Of a stretch of DNA of 64,000 bases, positions 54,344 to 62,758 are shown piece by piece. Positions within the stretch are counted from its first letter, which is position 1. The number at the start of each line of letters is the position of its first letter. Source of the stretch: a virus; IMG/VR virus record IMGVR_UViG_3300020578_000058, positions 4,828 through 68,827 of that record. The stretch is one strand, 5' to 3'. The position numbers and the translations under genes were made by a program. The notes under the pieces were generated by a model that did no database searches, was not told where the DNA came from, and worked only from the letters and a program-made list of their open reading frames with translations.

Positions 54344-57300
54344 ATGGCCTTCCCCGGCAGCGTCTATGCCCCTCCCGGCGTTTACACGCAGACCAACTTT
54401 GAGTCCCCCGTGCAGGGCATTGCCGCGAACCTCCGCGTTCCGGTGTTCATTGGCACCGGCAACGAGATCCTCGCGCAGTCGAACCTTGAAGTCGTGCGCG
54501 GTTCTTCCGCGAGCGTTGACCAGCGGGTTGTCGAGGAGGACGAGACGGGCCGTGCGGTCACCTTCGTCTCCCCGAGCGGGTCGGTGACCCTCGGTGCTTT
54601 CAATGGCACCTATGACCGTGTGCAGGTGCGGCACTTCCCCATCGTGACCGGCAACGGCACGGGGACGACGGCGACGGACACCTCCTCGGTGAGCGTCACT
54701 GTGAACGGCGACCCCGTGGTTGTCCTGTCCATGAACGCGGCCCTTGGCATTCTCAAGTTGAGTGTGGCCCCGGCTGCGACCGACACCGTGCGCGTCACCT
54801 ACTACTTCGACCGCACCGACACGCTCATCACCGATGACCTCTCCGAGCAGGTGACGCCCGAGGCCCCCGTGCTCTACGGCGCGGTGGGGCAGAACTACAC
54901 CATCACGACGGGCAGCAACGACACGCTCTCCTTCACGGTGGACGACACGGACACGGTGAGCGTCACCATTTCTGCTTCTCCGAGCGGCGGGTGGACGGCG
55001 GCGCAGGTGGCGGCGTTCATCAACAGCGCGGCGACGGGCACGAGCCTCGTGGCCGGTACGGCGACCAACAACTTCGGGCAGGTGGTCCTCACGCTGACTG
55101 CCGACCGCGATGTGACGGTCGGGAACGGGACCGCGAACACGACCCTCGGCTTCTCCTTCGGGGACACGACGGCGCGCAACAAGGTGTTCTACACCTTCCA
55201 GCAGCCCATTGTGGACGGCTCGGGCGGCGGCGTCACCACGACCGACCCTTCCGATGTGACGGTGAAGGTGGACGGCGTGCAGGTCATCCCCTCGGCGGTG
55301 GACGGGCAGTCCGGTGCCGTGACCCTGCCCTTCGCCCCCGAGGTTGGGGCCACGGTCACGGTGGAGTACTACTTCAACTCGTGGCAGGACACCTTCGACT
55401 ACTTGGCGAACCGCAACATCACGGACATCACGCTCTGCGGCGTGGCGCCCGACCGTTCGGACTATGTGGACGGAACGGACTTCGTGCTCCAAGACGACAA
55501 GATTGTTTGGGGCACGGCGGTTCTTGTGGCGTCCGGCACGCACACCTCGGGCGCTACTTACTTGGACGAGTCGCAGGTGACGCCGACCCTCGTGGACGCC
55601 CGGCAGTACCTCGCCCCTTGTGCGACCGTGAGCGCGACCACCTTCACGCTGCCTTTGCAGCCCACGACGGGCAACGGGCGTGACACCCCGCTCGGCACCG
55701 CGACCTACAACAAGGTCGCCAACGGGCGCATCGACCTCCCGACGAACCGCCCCGACCTCGTGTACGCCTATTGGGGCTACTCGGTCGAGGACGCGCTCGA
55801 CCGTGGCCGCGTGACCGTGACCAAGGTGGACAGCGCCACGAGCACCATCACGCTCTCCGAGCCGGTGCCCACGGGTGCGACGGTCTACGCGACTTTCTAC
55901 TACAACACCATCGTTGACCAAGCCTACACGCTCACGAGCGTCACGCCGGGTCCGAGCGGCGTTGGCACCTACACCGTGAGCAACGAGGACGGCACGCTTC
56001 TCGTGACCCCGACCTCGGGCAGCAAGTCCGCCGGGCTTGCCACCATTGAGTTGGTGTTTCCGAGCGGCTCCGAGAGCCTGCCCGACTTCCGCTACGAGAC
56101 GCCGTTCGACGCCGACCTGTTCACGGGAGCCGTCGAAGAAGATGTCACGGTGACCTTCGCATCCAAGGACGCGACCCCCGCCAAGTACGCGGTCCCGTCG
56201 AGCGGGCCGTACTACGCGGTGTCGGGTTCTTCCGACCGCTTCCGCTTGAAGGTGGACGGCTCTGACCTCGTGAGCGGTGCAGCGGGTCTGAACCTGTCTC
56301 GTCCTCTCGCGGGGGTCACGGGGCTCGGCTTCCCGGCGCAGTTGGTCGGCAACGAGGCCGTGTACGACGCTCCGAGCGGTGGCGCTTCCTTTGAGGTGGA
56401 CGCGACCAACAACACGGTCAACATGGAAGTGGACGGGGTGCTCGTGCAGGCGGTGGCCGACGACAACGCCTCGGCTACGCTGGCCGACTTCGCGGCTGCA
56501 ATCAACCGCGCCGCTTCGGGCGAGGTGGACACGGCGGCGGGCGGCGGCGCTTCGACCATCACCCTTGCGGCCTCCGCGTCGTCGCAGGACGACTTCTATG
56601 TGGGCTACAAGGTGCATGTGACGGCGGGTGCCGCCATTGGCGACATTCGCACCGTGACCGCCTACAACGGCACCACTCGGGTCGCCACGGTGACGCCCGC
56701 TTGGACGGGTGCTCCCGGCGGCGGCGACACCTACTCGGTGTACGACGAAGCCACCCTTCCGCAGTATGTGACCGGCACGGCGTTCACCTCTCCTGTGGTC
56801 ATTTCGGCGGGCGACTACGACCAACTCCGGTTCGTCTACTCGGGCGATACCTCGGCGTCCTTGGGCACGCTCACCGCGACCCTCACTCCTGGCACCTACA
56901 CCTCCTCTGCGGCTCTTGCGGCGGCGGTGCAGACGGCAATTGACGCCGCCATCGCGGCGGCTCCTCCCGCTGCCTACGGTGCATTCTCGGTGGTGGTCGC
57001 TGCGAACACCTCGGGCAAGTTGGTGTTCTCGCTCGTGCGCGACCCGACCGACACGAACGGCTACTTGGAGTTCGTCACCAACGCGGCCCCGGCGCGGGAC
57101 TTCGCGGTTCTTGCGGGCATCTCCGCTGCAAGTGCTGCGAACGGCGCACAGGCCAAGTTGGTGAACGGGGCCATTGCTCGTCACTTTACGGTTGGCGCTG
57201 CTCCGCTCCTGTACGACCGCTTGGTGCTCCGTTCTCGGTTGGTGCCGGGCAGCGGCAGCGTGGACGGTCAGGGTGTTCTTGCCGTCACGCAACTCAAGCA

Positions 57301-59542
57301 ACTCGGCGGCACCGGGGCTTCGCTCGCGGGCCTTACCGCCAACGAGAACGCCTACGCCGGGTTGAAGGGCACCATTCTGCCCGCCACCCTGCTCGGGACG
57401 GTCGGCCTTGCGGGCGGGCAGGTTCCGGCTGCGGCCTACGGTGACGCCCGCGACGGTCAGCCCGTGGTGACCTTCTTCGCGGCGGGCGGCACGAGCGCGC
57501 AGAACAACGAGTTCAAGTTCACCTTCGACAATGTGCCGGTGACGGTGGTGTTCACCGACGCGGCGGGTGCGGCTATCCCCTCGGGTGGCAGCGCCGATGT
57601 TCCGCTCGGTCCTGCAACGACGGCCAACACCGTTCTCAACCAAGTGGCGGCGGCTATGGCTTCCGTTGGCTTGGGTGCGAGCGCGGCAGCGGTGGTGTCG
57701 GCGGGCTTGGTGCGGCAGGAGGGCGCAAGCATTCGCTTCCGCTCGGCCCTGTCCACCCCGACCTCGGGCATCGTGGTCGGCACGGCGAACGCGAACGACA
57801 CCCTCGGGTTCGGCGCGGGCGACAGCGCGGAGCGCACGAACCTGCAAGTCGAAGTTCTTGTCTCGGCGCTCATGGCGCACTTCGACGGCTCGGTGGCGAA
57901 CTCGCTGCTCAACTGGTCGTCGGGCGGCGCGGCGACGTACTTCGCGGGCGAGGCTCTTGCCAAGCGCGTGACGGACGCCAGCAACGCCGAGTACCTCTAC
58001 TTGCAGTCGTTGGGCAACGCGGGCTTGGGCACGACTTCTTCGGTCGAGTTCGCGGCTGCTACTTCGGCAAGCGTCACGCTTCCCGGCGTCGGCTTGGGGG
58101 TCATCGCGGGCGACGGGGCGACGGGCGAAGCGGCTATCAGCGGCTTCTATGTCACCTCGACCGACATTGTGAGCGGCTCGGGCACGGCCAACACCTCGTA
58201 CCTCAACAGCGGCACGGGGCAGGACGGCGTGGTGGGGCAGACCTACCGTGACGCGGTGACGGGCTTGACCTTCACGGTTCTTCCGCGAGCGGGCAACCTC
58301 GCCTACCCGAGCGGGCAGTTCTTCACCATCGTCGCTCGCAAGTTGGTCACGACTGACGCCAACACCCCGGTCAACACGCTTCCCGGTGTGGCCCTCACGG
58401 TGAGCAACACGCTCGGTGTGGCGGCGGGGGACACGGCGACGGTCACGACCTACGCGCGCAGCGGGTCGCAGCCTGCGGTGGGGGATGTCTACTATGTCTC
58501 CTACACCTACACGAAGCAGGACTACAACACGGCCCTCTACACCAAGTTGTCGGCTATTGAGGCTGCTTACGGCCCCAACAGCCCGCTCAACCCGGTGGTG
58601 CTCGCCTCCTACCTCGCCATTCTCAACGGCGCGGTGCTGGTCGGCATCAAGCAGGTGCAGAAGGACACGGACGCCGACAACAACGGCGAGTTCGATACGG
58701 CCTCCGAGAGCGCGTACCTCGCGGCCATTGACGACCTTGAAGGGCAGTTGCCGGGGGGCATCCTCCCCGACATTCTGACCCCGCTCAAGGGCGACAGCGT
58801 GAACCTGTTCCAGTACCTCGCCAAGCAATGCGACATTCAGAGCAGCATTCGCTACCGTGCCGAGCGCACGGGCGTAGTCGGGTTCTCGGCGGGCACGCAG
58901 CCCACGGCGGCAGGCAACGCGGCGGTCGCGGTCGGTCGCACGCGCCTTCGGTGTGTGTACCCCGACATTGCGAACCTCACGCTCTCCCGTGCGGACGGTG
59001 CGACGGACACCTACTTGGTGGACGGCACCTTCCTTGCGGCGGCTCTCGTGGGCTCGCTCGTGTCCCCGACGACCGATGTGGCTACCCCGTGGACGGGTCG
59101 CCGCCTGTTCGGCTTCGACCGTATCGCCCGCATCCTCGACGCGGTTCAGCAGAACCAAGTCGCGGTCAAGGGCATCACGATCCTTGAAGATCGCAACCCG
59201 GTCATTCGCGTTCGGCAGGGCTTCTCTACCGACATGACGAATGTGCTGACCCGTACCCCGACCGTCATCACCATTGCGGACGAGGTGCAGCAGCAGACCC
59301 GCGCCACGCTCGACAGGTTCATCGGCATCAAGTTCTTGCCGGGGGTCACGTCGCAGATCGAGGGGCAGGTGAGCAACACGCTCAAGCAGTTGGTCGCCGC
59401 GCAGATCATCACGGCGTACACCGGGGTCAAGGCCAAGGTGTCCGAGGACGACCCCACGGTGGCCGAGGTCGAGGCGTACTATCAGCCCGTGTTCCCACTT
59501 TTGTATATCGTGGTCACATTCAACCTGCGGTCGAGCCTCTAA
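54344..59542 (+). CDS. Tail sheath protein, very large (~1,732 aa)
   Basis: N-terminal YAPPGVYTQT...VPVFIG and C-terminal sheath core (RAERTGVVG, VYPD, GITILE, VEAYYQPVFPLLYIVVTFNL), with ~1,200 aa of inserted domains. Confidence 0.9.
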   Translation: MAFPGSVYAPPGVYTQTNFESPVQGIAANLRVPVFIGTGNEILAQSNLEVVRGSSASVDQRVVEEDETGRAVTFVSPSGSVTLGAFNGTYDRVQVRHFPIVTGNGTGTTATDTSSVSVTVNGDPVVVLSMNAALGILKLSVAPAATDTVRVTYYFDRTDTLITDDLSEQVTPEAPVLYGAVGQNYTITTGSNDTLSFTVDDTDTVSVTISASPSGGWTAAQVAAFINSAATGTSLVAGTATNNFGQVVLTLTADRDVTVGNGTANTTLGFSFGDTTARNKVFYTFQQPIVDGSGGGVTTTDPSDVTVKVDGVQVIPSAVDGQSGAVTLPFAPEVGATVTVEYYFNSWQDTFDYLANRNITDITLCGVAPDRSDYVDGTDFVLQDDKIVWGTAVLVASGTHTSGATYLDESQVTPTLVDARQYLAPCATVSATTFTLPLQPTTGNGRDTPLGTATYNKVANGRIDLPTNRPDLVYAYWGYSVEDALDRGRVTVTKVDSATSTITLSEPVPTGATVYATFYYNTIVDQAYTLTSVTPGPSGVGTYTVSNEDGTLLVTPTSGSKSAGLATIELVFPSGSESLPDFRYETPFDADLFTGAVEEDVTVTFASKDATPAKYAVPSSGPYYAVSGSSDRFRLKVDGSDLVSGAAGLNLSRPLAGVTGLGFPAQLVGNEAVYDAPSGGASFEVDATNNTVNMEVDGVLVQAVADDNASATLADFAAAINRAASGEVDTAAGGGASTITLAASASSQDDFYVGYKVHVTAGAAIGDIRTVTAYNGTTRVATVTPAWTGAPGGGDTYSVYDEATLPQYVTGTAFTSPVVISAGDYDQLRFVYSGDTSASLGTLTATLTPGTYTSSAALAAAVQTAIDAAIAAAPPAAYGAFSVVVAANTSGKLVFSLVRDPTDTNGYLEFVTNAAPARDFAVLAGISAASAANGAQAKLVNGAIARHFTVGAAPLLYDRLVLRSRLVPGSGSVDGQGVLAVTQLKQLGGTGASLAGLTANENAYAGLKGTILPATLLGTVGLAGGQVPAAAYGDARDGQPVVTFFAAGGTSAQNNEFKFTFDNVPVTVVFTDAAGAAIPSGGSADVPLGPATTANTVLNQVAAAMASVGLGASAAAVVSAGLVRQEGASIRFRSALSTPTSGIVVGTANANDTLGFGAGDSAERTNLQVEVLVSALMAHFDGSVANSLLNWSSGGAATYFAGEALAKRVTDASNAEYLYLQSLGNAGLGTTSSVEFAAATSASVTLPGVGLGVIAGDGATGEAAISGFYVTSTDIVSGSGTANTSYLNSGTGQDGVVGQTYRDAVTGLTFTVLPRAGNLAYPSGQFFTIVARKLVTTDANTPVNTLPGVALTVSNTLGVAAGDTATVTTYARSGSQPAVGDVYYVSYTYTKQDYNTALYTKLSAIEAAYGPNSPLNPVVLASYLAILNGAVLVGIKQVQKDTDADNNGEFDTASESAYLAAIDDLEGQLPGGILPDILTPLKGDSVNLFQYLAKQCDIQSSIRYRAERTGVVGFSAGTQPTAAGNAAVAVGRTRLRCVYPDIANLTLSRADGATDTYLVDGTFLAAALVGSLVSPTTDVATPWTGRRLFGFDRIARILDAVQQNQVAVKGITILEDRNPVIRVRQGFSTDMTNVLTRTPTVITIADEVQQQTRATLDRFIGIKFLPGVTSQIEGQVSNTLKQLVAAQIITAYTGVKAKVSEDDPTVAEVEAYYQPVFPLLYIVVTFNLRSSL

Positions 59543-59586
59543 GGGCAGCCTCACAGTAGCAGGAAGCCACTTGCTAATATAGTGGG

Positions 59587-59632
59587 TTGATAGTAGACCT
59601 CCATTCGGGTACACTCCCGAGTGGAGGTCTAC
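59587..59632 (+). promoter_or_regulatory. Sigma70-like promoter embedded in an inverted repeat that also covers an RBS
   Basis: TTGATA-N17-TACACT. Arms GTAGACCTCCATTCGGG / CCCGAGTGGAGGTCTAC flank the TACACT. Confidence 0.6.
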
Positions 59633-59638
59633 CTGCTC

Positions 59639-59719
59639 ATGGAGTGCCCTGTCTGTCAGTTCTCGGTCACCGACCTGCGTGGCCTTGCCGCGCACCGCTT
59701 CTCGACAGGTAGGCGGTAG
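59639..59719 (+). pseudogene. Truncated zinc-finger ORF (26 aa), probable remnant of a deleted insertion
   Basis: MECPVCQFSVTDLRGLAAHRFSTGRR* is a C2H2-like start lacking the second His; GGAGG RBS. Confidence 0.45.
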
Positions 59720-59780
59720 TGGTTCTATTCCCCGCGCACGGGCGCAGAGCCGCTGAACCCGCCACAGGGGAGTACCCATC

Positions 59781-60230
59781 ATGTCCACGACTGCCCTCAC
59801 CGCCTCCGAACGGGCCGTCCTCCTCCGCTACGCTTCGTCTCTCCCCAAGGGGAGCGAGACGCGCCGCGCCATTGTCGCAGCCGTGAAGGTCGCGGGCTGG
59901 ACGGACTTCATGAACTTCGTCCAAGGCTCGGACGCGAATGAATGCTTCCGCGAGGCTCAAGAAGACGCGGCTGCGGAGCATCGTGCGGATTGGGAGTCCG
60001 ACTACGACGAGGACGACGATTACGAGGCGTCCTACACCGGGACCATCGCAGAGAAGTCCAGGTTCGTGTTCCGTAGCCGAGAGCCTATGTCGAAGGCTGA
60101 CGCCTATAAGTTCGCAGACAAGGACATCAAACACAACGACAAGTGGGGGCCTGCGTTCGCTATTCCTGTTGCTGACCCCTCGGGCAAGCGCACCATTGGC
60201 TACTTGTTCTACGGTTACGCGTCGAGTTGA
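59781..60230 (+). CDS. Cargo-leader protein, unknown C-terminal domain
   Basis: GGGAG RBS; leader LTASERAVLLRYASSLPKGSETRRAIVAAVKVA. Confidence 0.75.
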   Translation: MSTTALTASERAVLLRYASSLPKGSETRRAIVAAVKVAGWTDFMNFVQGSDANECFREAQEDAAAEHRADWESDYDEDDDYEASYTGTIAEKSRFVFRSREPMSKADAYKFADKDIKHNDKWGPAFAIPVADPSGKRTIGYLFYGYASS

Positions 60231-60241
60231 GGCACCTCCAC

Positions 60242-61402
60242 ATGACCCTCACCGCCTCCGAGCGTGCTGACCTTCTCCGGTACGCTTCTTCTCTCCCCGT
60301 GGAGAGCGAAGTGCGACGGGCCGTGCTTGCGAGCCTGTCCCGTATTGCAGCGGGAACCGAGGACGACATTCGGCAGTACCTACCCGTCTTGAAGTCGGGC
60401 TACGCGGGCTATGTGCGGGCCATTCGTGACGCGGAAGCGCGTGCCTTGTCGGGCGACTCTATGGTTGTTCGACATTGGGCCAACCAACCGTGGTTGGACA
60501 TTATCGAAAGCGGCGGCAAGGTCGTGGCCGGGGTCTTGTCCGTCCGCAGCATCCCCGACAAGAGCGCGAAGCCCTTGGAGATGGTCTACCGGCTCATGGA
60601 AAACAGCCGCCGTATGCCGCAGGACATTTACAAGTGGTGGGAGGACAACGGCAAGCGGGTCAAGTTTCTCATTGAGGCCGCAGAGAACTGGCCCGCCAAG
60701 TCCGAAGGCACCGATGAGTTGTTCACGCTCGGGCCGTTCAAGGTCCACAACACCGTGGGCGCCAAGGGCGCAGAACTTGACTCCTTGAAGAAGGGCTTGG
60801 AGCGCGTCGAGAAGGCCGTGAAGTCAAACCCCGTGCCCGGCTTCGCCCGCGTGCTCTACGGGGATGTGCATGTCGTGCCGCGCATCACGAAGGCCCACCA
60901 TGCCGCGTGGTACTACCCCGGTGACGACAGCCTCTACTTGCGGCGTGCGAAGTCCACGGGCATTGACGAGGTTCACGCTCTCATCCACGAACTCGGCCAT
61001 AGGTACTGGCACAAGTTCGCTGCCGAGCCGCAGAAGAAGGCGTGGGCTTTGCACCACTCGCGCGCTGCGAGCAAGACCGTCGAGGTCGAACTCCCCAAGG
61101 TCGGGGACGAACTTCCCGTCGCCATCAAGGGCGTCAAGAACCGCTACCCCACCATTGTCGCCGTGGAGCCGGGTGTGTTCCGCTACGCGATTGACATTGA
61201 CGGGAAGCCCTACACGAACTCCATTTCGACCAAGACCGTGTACGACTTCTATCGGGGGCAGCAGAAGGCCACCAAGAACTTCCCGACGAAGTACTCGGCC
61301 ACGAGTGAGCAAGAGCACTTCTGCGACTCGGTGGCGATGCTCGCGCTGGGCAACCTGCCCGACGAGTTCGCGGTTCCGTTCAACGCCGTGTGGAACCCCT
61401 GA
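60242..61402 (+). CDS. Cargo-leader protein with zincin-type metallopeptidase domain
   Basis: Same leader (LTASERADLLRYASSLP.ESEVRRAVLA). HELGH (HExxH) with downstream YSATSEQEHFCD, like anthrax-LF-type/phage zincins. Confidence 0.75.
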   Translation: MTLTASERADLLRYASSLPVESEVRRAVLASLSRIAAGTEDDIRQYLPVLKSGYAGYVRAIRDAEARALSGDSMVVRHWANQPWLDIIESGGKVVAGVLSVRSIPDKSAKPLEMVYRLMENSRRMPQDIYKWWEDNGKRVKFLIEAAENWPAKSEGTDELFTLGPFKVHNTVGAKGAELDSLKKGLERVEKAVKSNPVPGFARVLYGDVHVVPRITKAHHAAWYYPGDDSLYLRRAKSTGIDEVHALIHELGHRYWHKFAAEPQKKAWALHHSRAASKTVEVELPKVGDELPVAIKGVKNRYPTIVAVEPGVFRYAIDIDGKPYTNSISTKTVYDFYRGQQKATKNFPTKYSATSEQEHFCDSVAMLALGNLPDEFAVPFNAVWNP

Positions 61403-61434
61403 CCCTCCCCCCGCACCCCAAGAGAGACGCGCCC

Positions 61435-61950
61435 ATGCCCTACGACCCCGAGAAGTCCGGTGATGTGAAAAAGATCACCGAGAAACTCCGCAAGACCTAC
61501 AAGAACATCTCGGACACCGCTGCCCGGCAGGCCATTCATGTGTTCAACTCCGTCATGGACTCGACGGGGGACGAGGGCAAGGCGTGGGCCTCGGTTTACT
61601 CCAAGATGAACGAGCGGGGGCTTGCCAAGAACGCGGGTGTCGAGCATGACATTCTCGGGTCGTCCTACTACGAGGTCAAAGTCGGTGGCTTTGAGTTGCA
61701 GGTGTACCCGTTGACCCAAGCCGACGACGATTGGGAGCGAACGGGCGACGGTGGTGTTCGCATTGACATGGGCAAGAACGGTCGCGGGGGGTACGCGCTG
61801 CTCAACAAGCAGCAGTTCGCCCTGCTCATGGTCGAGTTGAAGAAAGCGGCAGCGTTGGTGGAGGAGGTTCACACCACCAAGAAGTCTGCCTCGCAGACCT
61901 TGGCCGCGAAAGTGGCTGCTCGGTACGCGGCTTCGCGGCGTCACGGCTAA
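61435..61950 (+). CDS. ChaB-like domain protein with C-terminal KVAARY motif
   Basis: MPY...AARQAIHVFNSV...DEGKAWASVYS resembles ChaB; ends KKSASQTLAAKVAARYAA. Confidence 0.55.
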   Translation: MPYDPEKSGDVKKITEKLRKTYKNISDTAARQAIHVFNSVMDSTGDEGKAWASVYSKMNERGLAKNAGVEHDILGSSYYEVKVGGFELQVYPLTQADDDWERTGDGGVRIDMGKNGRGGYALLNKQQFALLMVELKKAAALVEEVHTTKKSASQTLAAKVAARYAASRRHG

Positions 61951-62036
61951 CGCCACAACCCCGACCCTGACGCGCTATCCGTTCTATCCGGCAGGGGAAG
62001 GCAACTGACCCTCCCGCCTGTTGGAGACGCCCTCCC

Positions 62037-62555
62037 ATGCCCGACAAGCCTAACGACGGTATCTACGCAGCCGTAGACGAGGTTCGCCGCAAGACCGAGT
62101 TCTTGCACACGCGGGTCGAAGAAGTGAAGGAGCAAGTCTCCTCCTTGGAGAACCGCATTGAGCGGTTGGAGGAGCAGATGAAGGCGTCGAACCGGCACCT
62201 CACCACGCTCGTCACCGAAGCCAAGACAACGAACGCCATTCTGCGGGAAGACCTCGACCACCGCAAGACACTCGACCAGCACCGCATGGTCATGGAGCGC
62301 GAGGAGAAGGAGTGGCGGCGCAAGGTCGAGGAGCGGTCCTTGGAGACGCAGGCGCAGGCGTCACGCTTCAAGCGCACCCTCGTCCAAGAGGCGTGGGAGA
62401 TGTTCAAGCAGCCCGTGGGAATGCTCATCACCGCTGCCCTCGCGTGGGCGGGTTGGTACTACTTTACGGTCCCTTCGGCGCAGGTCACCGAAGCCGCACC
62501 CGCGCCGTCCGTGCAAGAGCCCCAAGAACCCCAAGAGGACGAGCAGGTTCCCTGA
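62037..62555 (+). CDS. Coiled-coil protein with one C-terminal transmembrane helix
   Basis: GGAG RBS, long heptad region, then PVGMLITAALAWAGWYYF. Confidence 0.7.
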   Translation: MPDKPNDGIYAAVDEVRRKTEFLHTRVEEVKEQVSSLENRIERLEEQMKASNRHLTTLVTEAKTTNAILREDLDHRKTLDQHRMVMEREEKEWRRKVEERSLETQAQASRFKRTLVQEAWEMFKQPVGMLITAALAWAGWYYFTVPSAQVTEAAPAPSVQEPQEPQEDEQVP

Positions 62556-62575
62556 CCGCAAACTTCGCGGTCGAG

Positions 62576-62620
62576 CGAAAGCCCCTCCCGGCTTGTGACC
62601 GGGAGGGGCTTCGTCGTTTC
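62576..62620. terminator. Hairpin between convergent transcripts (likely bidirectional terminator)
   Basis: AAGCCCCTCCCGG-cttgtga-CCGGGAGGGGCTT. Confidence 0.75.
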
Positions 62621-62627
62621 GGGGAAG

Positions 62628-62714
62628 TGGTGCCTCGGGCGGGACTTGAACCCGCAAGCCCGCAGGGGGCGGGGGATTTTGAGTCCCCTGTGTCTGCCAT
62701 TCCACCACCAAGGC
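62628..62714 (-). tRNA. trnL: tRNA-Leu(CAA)
   Basis: Minus strand GCCTTGGTGGTGGAATGGCAGACACAGGGGACTCAAAATCCCC...GGTTCAAGTCCCGCCCGAGGCACCA: CAA anticodon, long variable arm, encoded CCA. Confidence 0.96.
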
Positions 62715-62758
62715 GGCAGCACCACCTTACCCGCGCACCACCACCGCTACGGGAGCCG

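Noticed and set aside
54263-59800. 1,845-aa minus-strand ORF
   Set aside because: Antisense shadow of the tail sheath gene. High GC and codon bias remove stops in this frame, and it has no recognisable motifs.
62576-62590. GCGAAAGCCCC as an eighth promoter copy
   Set aside because: It is the arm of the terminator hairpin and lacks the GTACGC partner box at the right distance.
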